Shown: positions 27,472 to 36,245 of the stretch, piece by piece | Position numbering within the stretch: the first letter of the stretch is position 1 | Layout: each line of letters starts with the position of its first letter | Origin: Hydrogenophilales bacterium | GTDB lineage: Bacteria > Pseudomonadota > Gammaproteobacteria > Burkholderiales > Thiobacillaceae | Direction: 5' to 3' | Length of the DNA: 64,000 bases | NCBI GenBank assembly: GCA_037445185.1 | Contig: JBBIKZ010000001.1 | Location: 27,485 to 91,484, forward strand | The notes under the pieces: generated by a model | Databases searched by the model: none | The model's input: only the letters and a program-made list of their open reading frames with translations | Told to the model about the DNA's origin: nothing | Translations under genes and position numbers: made by a program

Positions 27472-29898
27472 ATGCCTGCACCCCTCAGCCCGGATCGGCT
27501 CTACACCCGCTGCGACTTCTCGACCACCCCCTTCACGACCACCGATGACCTGGAGGACCTCGCGGGCATGCTCGGACAGGGGCGTGCCGCCGAGGCGGTG
27601 GACTTCGGCCTGGCGATCCGCGCCGAAGGGTTCAACCTCTTCGTCATGGGGCCGGTGGGCACGGGCAAGCGCACCCTGATCATGGAGCGGGTGGAAAAGG
27701 TGGCCGCGGCCTCGCCGGTGCCGGCGGACTGGGTCTACGTGAACAACTTCGCCCAACCCCACAAGCCCCGTGCGATCAGCCTGCCGGCGGGTCGGGGCAA
27801 GGCCCTCAAGGCCGACATGCAGCGCCTGATCGAGGACCTGCTGGTGGCCATCCCGTCCATCTTCGAAAGCGACGAATACCGCAATCGCCTGGAGGAGATC
27901 GAGCAGGCGTTCAGCGAGCGGGAGAGCGACGCCTTCAGGGCCTTCGGCGAGGAGGCCGAGCGGGAGGGCATTGCCCTGTTGCGCACGCCGAGCGGCTTCG
28001 GGCTGGCCCCCGAACGCAACGGCGAGGTGCTGGGACCGGAGGAGTTCGAGAAGCTGCCGGAGGAGGAGAAGGCCCGCATCCGCAAGGTCATCGAGAGCCT
28101 GCACGACCGCCTGCACAAGCTCATCCGTCAGGCGCCGCAGTGGCTGAGGGAGAAGCGCGAGCGCGTGCGGGAGCTCAATCAGGAGTTTTCCCGGCTGGCG
28201 GTGGAGCATCAGATCGGCGAATTGCGCGAGAAGTATCGCGACCTGCCCGCTGTGCTGGACTATCTCGCGGCGGTGGAGCAGGACCTGATCGATACCGCCG
28301 ACGACTTTCGCAAGCCGCAGGAGGGCATGCCCCAGGTCCTCGGCCTGCCGGTCGCCGTGGTCCAGTCGTTTCGGCGCTATCAGGTCAATCTGCTGGTCGA
28401 CCACAGCGCATCGAAGGGGGCGCCGGTGGTGGCCCCCGACCATCCCAGTCACGCCGCGCTGATGGGCCGGGTGGAGCACATGGAACACCTCGGGGCGCTC
28501 GTCACCGACTTCACGCTGATCAAGCCGGGCGCCCTGCATCAGGCCAGCGGCGGCTATCTGGTGCTCGATGCCCACCGGCTCCTCACCCAGCCCTATGCCT
28601 GGGAGGGACTCAAGCGGGCACTGCGTTCCCGCTGCATACGCACCGATTCGCTGGCCCAGATGCTGTCGCTCGCCAGCACCATCTCGCTTGAGCCCGAGCC
28701 CATCCCCCTCGAAGTCAAGGTCGTGCTGGTGGGGGAGCGCCTGCTCTATTACCTGCTGTGCGAGTACGATCCCGATTTCCGGGAACTGTTCAAGGTGGTG
28801 GCCGATTTCGAGGACGACCTGCCCCGCACCGGCGAGACCCCACTGCTCTATGCGCGGCTGATCGCCACCCTGGCGCGCAAGGAGAGGCTGCTCGCCTTCG
28901 ACCAGTCGGCCTGCGCCCGGCTGGTGGAGCAGGCGGCGCGCGAGGCGGGCGACGCCGAGCGGCTCTCCACCCACATGCAGGGCCTGCTCGACCTGATGCG
29001 CGAGGCCGACTTCCTGACCCGGCAGGCGGGCGGACAGGTGGTCTCGCAGGCGCAGGTGCAGGCGGTCATCGATGCCCGCGACCGGCGCACGGGGCGAGTG
29101 CGCGCCCGCTTCCAGGACGCCATCCTGCGCGGCACGGTCCATATCGAGACCTCGGGCATGATGACCGGCCAGGTCAACGGGCTGTCGGTCATCGACCTGG
29201 GCGAGGGCCGCTTCGCCCACCCCACCCGGATCACCGCCAACGTGCGGCTGGGCGACGGCGAGGTGGTCGACATCCAGCGCGAGGTCGATCTGGGCGGTGC
29301 CATCCATTCGAAGGGGGTGCTGATCCTGAGCTCCTTTCTGGCCACCCGCTACGCCAGCAACCTGCCGCTCTCCCTGGGCGCGACCCTCACCTTCGAGCAG
29401 ACCTATGGCGAGGTCGAGGGCGACTCCGCCTCCATGGCCGAACTGTGCGCCCTGCTCTCCGCACTGGCCGGGCTGCCCATCCGCCAATCCCTGGCGGTGA
29501 CCGGTTCGGTCGACCAGCATGGGCGCATGCAGGCGATCGGCGGCGTGAACGAGAAGATCGAGGGGTTCTTCGATATCTGCCAAGCGCGCGGCCTGACCGG
29601 CGAGCAGGGGGTCCTCATCCCGCAGACCAACGTCAAGCACCTCATGCTGCGTCGCGACGTGGTGGAGGCCTGCGCCGCCGGCCGCTTTCACGTCTGGCCG
29701 GTGGGCGGCGTGGACGAGGCCATCGAACTGCTCACCGGCACGCCGGCCGGTGTCCCCGATGCGCAGGGGGTGGTGCCCGAGGGTTCGGTGAACTACCGGG
29801 TGGCGACGCGGCTGATCGAGTTCTCGACGCTGCGCCAGGCCTACGCCGCCCGGTCGGAGGACAAGCCCCGCCGCCGCGGCGGCGCCAGAAAGCGATGA
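27472..29898 (+). CDS. Lon-like ATP-dependent protease (LonB/COG1067, AsrA-like)
   Basis: 808 aa from ATG 27472. Walker A GPVGTGKRT, long coiled-coil insertion, C-terminal S16 domain with GDSAS serine and GGVNEKIEG lysine. Confidence 0.85.
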   Translation: MPAPLSPDRLYTRCDFSTTPFTTTDDLEDLAGMLGQGRAAEAVDFGLAIRAEGFNLFVMGPVGTGKRTLIMERVEKVAAASPVPADWVYVNNFAQPHKPRAISLPAGRGKALKADMQRLIEDLLVAIPSIFESDEYRNRLEEIEQAFSERESDAFRAFGEEAEREGIALLRTPSGFGLAPERNGEVLGPEEFEKLPEEEKARIRKVIESLHDRLHKLIRQAPQWLREKRERVRELNQEFSRLAVEHQIGELREKYRDLPAVLDYLAAVEQDLIDTADDFRKPQEGMPQVLGLPVAVVQSFRRYQVNLLVDHSASKGAPVVAPDHPSHAALMGRVEHMEHLGALVTDFTLIKPGALHQASGGYLVLDAHRLLTQPYAWEGLKRALRSRCIRTDSLAQMLSLASTISLEPEPIPLEVKVVLVGERLLYYLLCEYDPDFRELFKVVADFEDDLPRTGETPLLYARLIATLARKERLLAFDQSACARLVEQAAREAGDAERLSTHMQGLLDLMREADFLTRQAGGQVVSQAQVQAVIDARDRRTGRVRARFQDAILRGTVHIETSGMMTGQVNGLSVIDLGEGRFAHPTRITANVRLGDGEVVDIQREVDLGGAIHSKGVLILSSFLATRYASNLPLSLGATLTFEQTYGEVEGDSASMAELCALLSALAGLPIRQSLAVTGSVDQHGRMQAIGGVNEKIEGFFDICQARGLTGEQGVLIPQTNVKHLMLRRDVVEACAAGRFHVWPVGGVDEAIELLTGTPAGVPDAQGVVPEGSVNYRVATRLIEFSTLRQAYAARSEDKPRRRGGARKR

Positions 29899-30653
29899 GC
29901 GAGCCGGCGTCCGGCATCCGCCGCATCCTGCTCGCCCTGAGCGGCTCAGGCGAGGAGCTCAGCCACATCGATGCGGCGGCCGAGCTCGCCGCCGCACTGG
30001 AGGCGGAGCTCACCGCCCTGTTCGTGGAGGACGCCGACCTCTTGCGCGCCAGCCGTCTGCCCATCGTGTGGGAGATGGGGCGCCAGACCGCCCGGCTGCG
30101 CCAGATGCAGCTCGATCGCACCGCACGCCTCCTGCAGGCCGCCGCCCGCCGGTCGGAGCAGGCCCTGCACCGGGCGGCCGAGGCCCGCAGCCTGCGTTAC
30201 AGCTTCCGCGTCCTGCAGGGCAAACCCTTGCATACCGTGCTCGCCCATGCCGCCAGTCTGGACCTGGTGATGCTGGGGCGGCAGGCGGCGGCGATCACGC
30301 CGCGTCCGAGACCGCTGGCCGTGCTGTTCGACGGCAGCATGGCGGCAGCCGCAACGCTCGCCGTGGGGCTGAGGCTGGCCCGGGCGACCGGCCGGCCATG
30401 CCAGGTGCTGGTGGCGGCGGCCGACGCTCAGACCTATCGCGAGCGCGCACAACAGGCGGGTTGGGCGGTGGGGGGCGGCACGGAAGTGGGCATGCAGCGG
30501 CTGCAAGCGACCGACCCCGAGGTCTTGTCCAGCGCCGCCAACGCCCTGCGTGCGGCGGCCCTGGTCCTACCGGCCGATTATGCCGAGGGCGACCTCGCCC
30601 GGCTGGACGCCCTGCGCTCCAGGCTGCGCTGCGATCTGCTGCTGGTGACCTGA
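29895..30653 (+). CDS. tandem universal-stress-protein-like (degenerate) protein
   Basis: 252 aa; ATG 29895 overlaps the Lon-like stop (ATGA). Two …ILLAL…/…LAVLFDGS… Rossmann-like halves, with no G-x2-G-x9-G[ST] ATP motif seen. Confidence 0.5.
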   Translation: MSEPASGIRRILLALSGSGEELSHIDAAAELAAALEAELTALFVEDADLLRASRLPIVWEMGRQTARLRQMQLDRTARLLQAAARRSEQALHRAAEARSLRYSFRVLQGKPLHTVLAHAASLDLVMLGRQAAAITPRPRPLAVLFDGSMAAAATLAVGLRLARATGRPCQVLVAAADAQTYRERAQQAGWAVGGGTEVGMQRLQATDPEVLSSAANALRAAALVLPADYAEGDLARLDALRSRLRCDLLLVT

Positions 30654-30659
30654 GGCGCT

Positions 30660-31484
30660 CTAGCGCAGCAGCCGCCGGCGGGTGAGCGCGAGACCGATCA
30701 GGAAGCCGGTCACGGCAAAGGCCAACAATACCAGCACGTTCAGCAACGGGGCCTCCGGCCAGTGACCCAGCACCAGGGGACGCGCCAGCGCGATGGCATG
30801 GGTGAGCGGCAGGCCCTGCGCGGCGGCGGCCAGCCAGCCGGGCAGGGCATCCGTCGGGTAGAACACCCCCGAGAGCAGCACCATGGGCGTGATGAACAGG
30901 GTGAAGTAATAGAGGAAGAAGTCGTAGTTCGGCGCGACGGCGTTGAGCATGAGGCCGAGCCCGGCGAAGGCGAGGCCGGTCAACACGATCACCGGCAGCA
31001 GCCACAGCGTCATGGCGAAGTCCGCGGCGAGCCCCAGGGCCCAGATCACCGAGAGGATCGCCAGCCCCGAGAGCAGGCTCTTGCTCACCGCCCAGAACCA
31101 CTCGCCGAGCAGCACGTCGGTGAGCGTGAGCGGCGTGTTGAGGATGGCCTCCCAGGTCTTCTGCACGTGCATGCGCGAGAAGGCCGAATAGAGGGTCTCG
31201 AAGGTGGCGCTGTTCATCACGCTGTAGGCCAGTGTGCCGGCGGCCAGGAAGGTGAGGTAGGGCACGCCCTGCACCTCGCCCAGCAAGCGCCCCAGGCCGT
31301 AACCCAGCCCCAGCATGTAGAGCAGGGGGTCGGCCAGGTTGCCGAGGATGGACGGCCCCGCCAGCTTTTTCCAGACCTGGAAGTTGCGCTGCCAGACGGC
31401 GAACCACCGGGGGGCGGAGAACGGCCGGGCGCCGGATGCTGCGCGCAGTCCGTTGCGGCCCGTACTTCGCCCCTCACCCCGCAC
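30660..31484 (-). CDS. ABC-2 type transporter permease (NodJ/YadH-like)
   Basis: 274 aa with six predicted TM segments; follows the ATPase gene after a 3-nt gap. Confidence 0.85.
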   Translation of the reverse strand: MRGEGRSTGRNGLRAASGARPFSAPRWFAVWQRNFQVWKKLAGPSILGNLADPLLYMLGLGYGLGRLLGEVQGVPYLTFLAAGTLAYSVMNSATFETLYSAFSRMHVQKTWEAILNTPLTLTDVLLGEWFWAVSKSLLSGLAILSVIWALGLAADFAMTLWLLPVIVLTGLAFAGLGLMLNAVAPNYDFFLYYFTLFITPMVLLSGVFYPTDALPGWLAAAAQGLPLTHAIALARPLVLGHWPEAPLLNVLVLLAFAVTGFLIGLALTRRRLLR

Positions 31485-31487
31485 GCC

Positions 31488-32396
31488 TCACTCCCGCAAA
31501 TCCCGGCCCGTCAGCTTGAGGAAGACGTCCTCCAGATTGGCGGGCCGGTGCAGATAGCGCAGGCCTTCCTGTCTGTCGAGCGCGTCGGTGACCGCCTTGG
31601 GGTCGTCGGCATAGCAGAACAGGGTCTCCCCGGCATATTCGCAGCGCCGGCACAACCGACGGGCGCAACCTTCCCATGCCGCCAGGCCCTCGCCGAAGAC
31701 CTCCACCACATGCGGCTCGATGTGCCCATTGATGAGGGCGCGCGGCGTGTCCTCGGCGATGATGCGGCCGCGGTCGATGATGCTGATGCGGTCGCACAGA
31801 CGCTCCGCCTCGTCCATGAAGTGGGTGGTCAGCAGCAGGGTCTTGCCCTGATGGATGAGCCGGCGCAGCCCCTGCCAGACCAGATGCCGGGCCTGCGGGT
31901 CGAGCCCGGTGGTGGGTTCGTCCAGCACGATCAGCTCCGGGTCGTTGATGAGCGCCCGCGCCAGGGTCAGGCGCCGCTTCATGCCACCGGACAGGGTGGG
32001 GACCTTGGCGTCCGCCTTGCCCGCCAGAGCCGCGAATTCGAGTAGCTGCGGGATGCGCGCCTCGGTCTCCCGGCGCCCCAGACCGAAATAGCGGCCATAG
32101 GCGAGCAGGTTCTCGCGCACGGTGAAGTCTGGGTCCAGGCTGTCGGTCTGCGGCACCACCCCCACCCGGCGGCGCGCCACCCCTGCCTCGCGCGGCAGCG
32201 GGTGACCCAACAGGCGGATCTCGCCGGCGTCCGCCTCGATCAATCCCAGCGCCAGCCTGAGTGTGGTGGTCTTGCCGGCGCCGTTGGGCCCGAGCAGGCC
32301 ATGACAGCGGCCCGGCGCGATCTCCAGCGACAGATCGTCCACTACCGCCGTGCCGCCGTAGCGCTTGGTCAGGCGCTTCAGCACGAGGGGGGGCAC
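31488..32396 (-). CDS. ABC transporter ATP-binding protein (NodI/YadG-like)
   Basis: Walker A GPNGAGKTT, signature LSGGMKRRL, Walker B LIVLDEPT. Confidence 0.9.
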   Translation of the reverse strand: MPPLVLKRLTKRYGGTAVVDDLSLEIAPGRCHGLLGPNGAGKTTTLRLALGLIEADAGEIRLLGHPLPREAGVARRRVGVVPQTDSLDPDFTVRENLLAYGRYFGLGRRETEARIPQLLEFAALAGKADAKVPTLSGGMKRRLTLARALINDPELIVLDEPTTGLDPQARHLVWQGLRRLIHQGKTLLLTTHFMDEAERLCDRISIIDRGRIIAEDTPRALINGHIEPHVVEVFGEGLAAWEGCARRLCRRCEYAGETLFCYADDPKAVTDALDRQEGLRYLHRPANLEDVFLKLTGRDLRE

Positions 32397-33031
32397 AGTC
32401 GGCTCCTGACCGTCTCCCTCAGTTCCACCAGCCGGCCGTGGAAGAAGTGACCCGCCGCGGGGATGACGTGCAGCGGGAGTCGGTGCAGACGCGCATAGTC
32501 GGCGACGAAGGCGAGCGGGATCAGTTCATCCGCCTCGCCGTGCACGATCTCGGTGGGGACGGCAGGGGGCTCGAAGGCGTACAGGGACACGGCCGGCCCC
32601 ACCAGGATCAGCCGCTCGGCCGACAGACGGGAGGCGAGGCGATGCTGGACGTAGGCGCCGAAGGAAAACCCCAGCAGCGTCCACGCAAGCCCGGCGTAGC
32701 GTGGTGCAAGGAAGGCGGCGACGGCGAGCAGGTCCTCCGTCTCGCCGACGCCATGGTCGTATGCCCCGCTGCTACTACCCACGCCACGGAAGTTCGGCCG
32801 CGCCGCGATGAGCCCGCAAGCCAGTGCCGCCCGGGCGAGGATGTACACCACCTTGTTGTCCAGACTGCCGCCGTGCAGCGGATGCGGGTGGGCGATCAAG
32901 GCCAGGCCGCGGGGTGTCTCGGCGGGCATCTCCACCAGGGTCTCGACCACGCCGCCGTCGGGGCGCGGGATGAGCAGGCGTTGCCCGGAGGAGGTCGGCC
33001 GCGCTGGCGCGACGTGGGGAACCTCCGTCAT
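32378..33031 (-). CDS. alpha/beta hydrolase (COG2945-like)
   Basis: 217 aa; nucleophile elbow GFSFGA; C-terminal …VHGEADELIP…GHFFHG…. Overlaps the ABC ATPase start by 19 nt. Confidence 0.7.
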   Translation of the reverse strand: MTEVPHVAPARPTSSGQRLLIPRPDGGVVETLVEMPAETPRGLALIAHPHPLHGGSLDNKVVYILARAALACGLIAARPNFRGVGSSSGAYDHGVGETEDLLAVAAFLAPRYAGLAWTLLGFSFGAYVQHRLASRLSAERLILVGPAVSLYAFEPPAVPTEIVHGEADELIPLAFVADYARLHRLPLHVIPAAGHFFHGRLVELRETVRSRLCPPSC

Positions 33032-33032
33032 T

Positions 33033-33347
33033 TCAGTCGAGTTTCAGTCGTTCGACCACCTTGCCGTCGCGCAGGTGGGAGGCGAGGATCTCGTCGATGT
33101 CCGCCTCGTCCACATAGGTGTACCAGACCGCATCCGGATAGACCACGCACACCGGCCCCAGCTCGCAACGGTCGAAGCAGCCGGCGCGGTTGACACGGCA
33201 GTCCCCCCCTTTGCCGTGCAACCCCATCTGCTTGGCCTTGTTCTTGGCGTATTCGAACATGGCCTCGGCGTTGTGCTGGGTGCAGCAGGTGCCGCCGTCC
33301 TCGCGCACGTTGAGGCAGAAGAACAGGTGATGGCGGTAGTGGCTCAT
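33033..33347 (-). CDS. thioredoxin-like [2Fe-2S] ferredoxin-domain protein
   Basis: 104 aa, …HHLFFCLN…GGTCC…RAGCFDRCELGPV…. Confidence 0.75.
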   Translation of the reverse strand: MSHYRHHLFFCLNVREDGGTCCTQHNAEAMFEYAKNKAKQMGLHGKGGDCRVNRAGCFDRCELGPVCVVYPDAVWYTYVDEADIDEILASHLRDGKVVERLKLD

Positions 33348-33425
33348 AGGAAACGCGTCGGGCCGTCGCGAAGGTTTACGCTATCCCCACGGGGGCGGCC
33401 TGTGCGCAGCCGGCCTTGGCGGAGA

Positions 33426-33779
33426 TCATGACTCGTCGTATTTGGCACAGCGCCCCTTGGCCTTGTCCACCGGGTACTTGCGGGCGTTGAGGATGAGCTT
33501 CTCCTCCGCCGCCTGCAGCAGGTCCACCTCCAGCTCATTGGCGAGGCTCACGAGGTAGATCAGCACGTCGGCCATCTCCTGCTTCACCGCCTCGCGCTTG
33601 TGCTCGGGCAGCCGCAAGCTCTCCTCGGGCGTGAGCCACTGGAAGGGTTCCAGCAGTTCCGCCGCCTCGACGATGAGGGCGGCGGCGAGGTTCTTGGGCG
33701 TGTGGTAGAGATGCCAGTCCCGCTCGCGACCGAATTCACGCACGGCTGCAGCCAGTTCGGACAGGGAATTAAAGGACAC
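33426..33779 (-). CDS. MazG-like nucleotide pyrophosphohydrolase
   Basis: 117 aa from GTG 33779. …RDWHLYHTPKNLAAALIVEAAELLEPFQW…EMADVLIYLVSLAN…. Confidence 0.8.
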   Translation of the reverse strand: MSFNSLSELAAAVREFGRERDWHLYHTPKNLAAALIVEAAELLEPFQWLTPEESLRLPEHKREAVKQEMADVLIYLVSLANELEVDLLQAAEEKLILNARKYPVDKAKGRCAKYDES

Positions 33780-34000
33780 GTTGCGATCGGTCGATAACTG
33801 CGACGGGCAAGTGTACCACTGCCCGGTGTCGGCCGAGGCCGGCGATGCAGGTGGGGCGGCAAGACGTAGGACATTCGGCGCACGCCGCCGTGCCAGCAAC
33901 TGCCGCGGCTGGCACGCATATTTGTGAGAGAGGCATCCGTGTGGAAAGGAGCTTGTGCCATAATCGGCCCGGCTCTGTCAGATATCAAGAAGGGGGAACC

Positions 34001-34606
34001 ATGAAGCATCTCGCATTGGCGGTACTGCTTGCCTTGCTGGTGGGCTGCGCCAACCAGCCCATCTATCCGCCGGCACCGGCCAAGGCCATGGTGGACACCA
34101 GCTGGAACTACCTGCTCGGACCGGGGGATACCGTGAACGTCTTCGTTTGGGGCAACCCCGAGGTGTCGGGCTCCTTTCCGATCCGGCCGGACGGCAAGAT
34201 GACCATGAACCTGGTGGAGGACCTCCCCGCCAGCGGCAAGACGCCGACGCAGCTGGCGCGGGAGATCGAGAAGAACCTGGCGCGCTACATCCAGGACCCG
34301 ATCGTGACGGTGATCGTCGCCGGCGGCACCGGGCCGTACAGCCAGCAGATCCGCGTCCTGGGCGAGGCGACCAAGCCGCAGACCCTCACTTACCGCGAAA
34401 ACATGACGCTCATCGACGTCATGATCAGCGTCGGCGGCATCACCGATTTCGCTGCCGGCAACAAGGCCAGCATCCTGCGCGTCACCGACGGCAACCCGCA
34501 GCAGTTCGCCGTGCGTCTGGAGGACTTGCTCAAGGCGGGCGACATCTCGGCCAACGTCGAGATGATGCCGGGCGACGTCCTGATCATCCCCGAGAGCTGG
34601 TTCTGA
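34001..34606 (+). CDS. polysaccharide export lipoprotein, PEP-CTERM-locus type (Wza/EpsE-like)
   Basis: Lipobox LLVGC, then …LLGPGDTVNVFVWGNPE…, Poly_export/SLBB. Good SD (AAGGGGGAA) before ATG 34001. Confidence 0.85.
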   Translation: MKHLALAVLLALLVGCANQPIYPPAPAKAMVDTSWNYLLGPGDTVNVFVWGNPEVSGSFPIRPDGKMTMNLVEDLPASGKTPTQLAREIEKNLARYIQDPIVTVIVAGGTGPYSQQIRVLGEATKPQTLTYRENMTLIDVMISVGGITDFAAGNKASILRVTDGNPQQFAVRLEDLLKAGDISANVEMMPGDVLIIPESWF

Positions 34607-34655
34607 ACCCCGGGCTGACGGCGGCTGTAATCCAAGCATCTACGGCGGACTGCAC

Positions 34656-36227
34656 ATGAACGAACAGATCGAGCAGATATTGGGGATCCTCCGGGGGGTG
34701 TGGCGACGGCGCTGGCTGGTGCTGGGCGTCACCTGGCTGGTCTGCGCCGTAGGCTGGGTATGGATCTATCTGCTGCAGAACGAGTACCGCGCCCAGGCGC
34801 GCGTCTACGTGGACACGCAGTCTCTGCTCAAGCCGCTGCTGTCCGGCCTGGCCATCCAGCCCAACTTGGAGCAGCAGGTGGCGATGATGACGCGCACCCT
34901 CGCCAGCCGCCCCAACCTGGAGAAGGTCGCACGCTTGACCGACCTGGACCTGCGCGCCAAGGACCCCAAGGCCCTGGAGGAGTTGTATGCCGACATCGCC
35001 AGCCGCATCAGTCTGGATGGCACTACCCGGGAGAACCTCTATACCATCGGTTTCGTGCACGCCAATCCGGACCTAAGCAAACGGGTGGTGCAGGCCCTGC
35101 TCACCATCTTCACCGAGCAGAGCCTGGGCGGTACCCGCAAGGATCTGTCCAACACCCAGAAGTTCATCGAGGACCAGATCAAGTCCTATGAGGCCAGGCT
35201 GCTGGAGAAGGAGAAGGAGCTGGAGGAATTCAAGCGCCGCAACGTCGGCCAGATGCCAGGTCAGGGCGGTGGCTATTTTGCGCGCATCGAGGCGCTCGAC
35301 CAGACCTTGCGCGAGACCAAGTTGCAACTCGAGGAGGCCGTCAACCGTAAAAAGCAGCTCGAGCAGCAACTCGCGGATCAGGAGGAGACGATCTCCACAC
35401 CCTTGTTGCCGCCGCCCATGGCCACGCCGAGCAACAGTCTGATCGACAATCGCATCAACGCCTTGCAAACTCAGCTCGACAACCTCAGGTTGCGTTTCAC
35501 CGATCTCCACCCCGAGATCCAGCGCGTCAAAGGGCTCATCGCCAGCCTGCAGGAACAGAAGGCCAGGGAGGAGGAGGCCCAGCGTGCTGCCGAGGCGGCA
35601 CGGGCCAAGGAAAACCCGGTTGCGGCCAAGGCGCAAAATCCGGTCTATCAACAGCTGACGCTCGCCATCGCCGAGGCCGACGCCAACATCGCCTCGCTGC
35701 GCACGCGCGTCAGACAATTCGAACAACAGCGTGCGGAGCTGCTGCGCAAGGTGGACCTGATCCCCCAGTTGGAGGCCGAACTGGCCCAGCTCACGCGTGA
35801 CTACGACATCTACAAGCGCAACTACAGCGAGCTGCTGGCGCGGCGGGAATCGGCGGCCATGGCGGGCGAGGTCGAGGCCAAGACCGATACGGTCGAATTC
35901 CGCGTCATCGATCCGCCGCGTGTGGAGACCAAACCGGCCTGGCCCAACCGTCCCCTCCTGATCTCCGTCACGCCCCTGGGGGGTCTGGGCGCCGGCATCG
36001 CCCTGGCCTTCCTGCTCGCCCAGCTTCGTCCCACGGTGGATACACGCCGGCAATTGCGCGAACTGACCGGGCTGCAGCCCCTGGGTGCGGTGACGCGTGT
36101 CGAGACCGAGGCCTATCGGCGCCGGCGCAGGCGGCTCAACTGGAGCTATGTCCTCGGAACCGGTCTCTTGGTCGTGTCCTATGGTGTCCTGATGACCTAT
36201 TACCTGGTCCTCTCTCCCGCAGCCTGA
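34656..36227 (+). CDS. chain-length-determinant (Wzz-like) protein, PEP-CTERM-locus type
   Basis: 523 aa with N- and C-terminal TM helices flanking a long coiled-coil. Confidence 0.85.
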   Translation: MNEQIEQILGILRGVWRRRWLVLGVTWLVCAVGWVWIYLLQNEYRAQARVYVDTQSLLKPLLSGLAIQPNLEQQVAMMTRTLASRPNLEKVARLTDLDLRAKDPKALEELYADIASRISLDGTTRENLYTIGFVHANPDLSKRVVQALLTIFTEQSLGGTRKDLSNTQKFIEDQIKSYEARLLEKEKELEEFKRRNVGQMPGQGGGYFARIEALDQTLRETKLQLEEAVNRKKQLEQQLADQEETISTPLLPPPMATPSNSLIDNRINALQTQLDNLRLRFTDLHPEIQRVKGLIASLQEQKAREEEAQRAAEAARAKENPVAAKAQNPVYQQLTLAIAEADANIASLRTRVRQFEQQRAELLRKVDLIPQLEAELAQLTRDYDIYKRNYSELLARRESAAMAGEVEAKTDTVEFRVIDPPRVETKPAWPNRPLLISVTPLGGLGAGIALAFLLAQLRPTVDTRRQLRELTGLQPLGAVTRVETEAYRRRRRRLNWSYVLGTGLLVVSYGVLMTYYLVLSPAA

Positions 36228-36245
36228 TCACTCGAGGAGAACAGC

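Noticed and set aside
27415-29691. 758-aa ORF on the minus strand covering almost the whole Lon-like gene.
   Set aside because: It is the codon-complement shadow frame of a GC3-rich gene. The reverse complements of stop codons (TTA, CTA, TCA) are rare codons here, so antisense frames stay open. The composition (runs of G, R, H, Q, D, L, V, A) has no family motifs, whereas the plus-strand product has clear AAA+ and S16 motifs.
27472-29898. BREX BrxL-type Lon-like protease as a sign of a defence island.
   Set aside because: No methyltransferase, PglZ, BrxC or other BREX components are nearby. The architecture (Walker A, coiled-coil insert, S16) fits the stand-alone LonB/AsrA-type stress protease.
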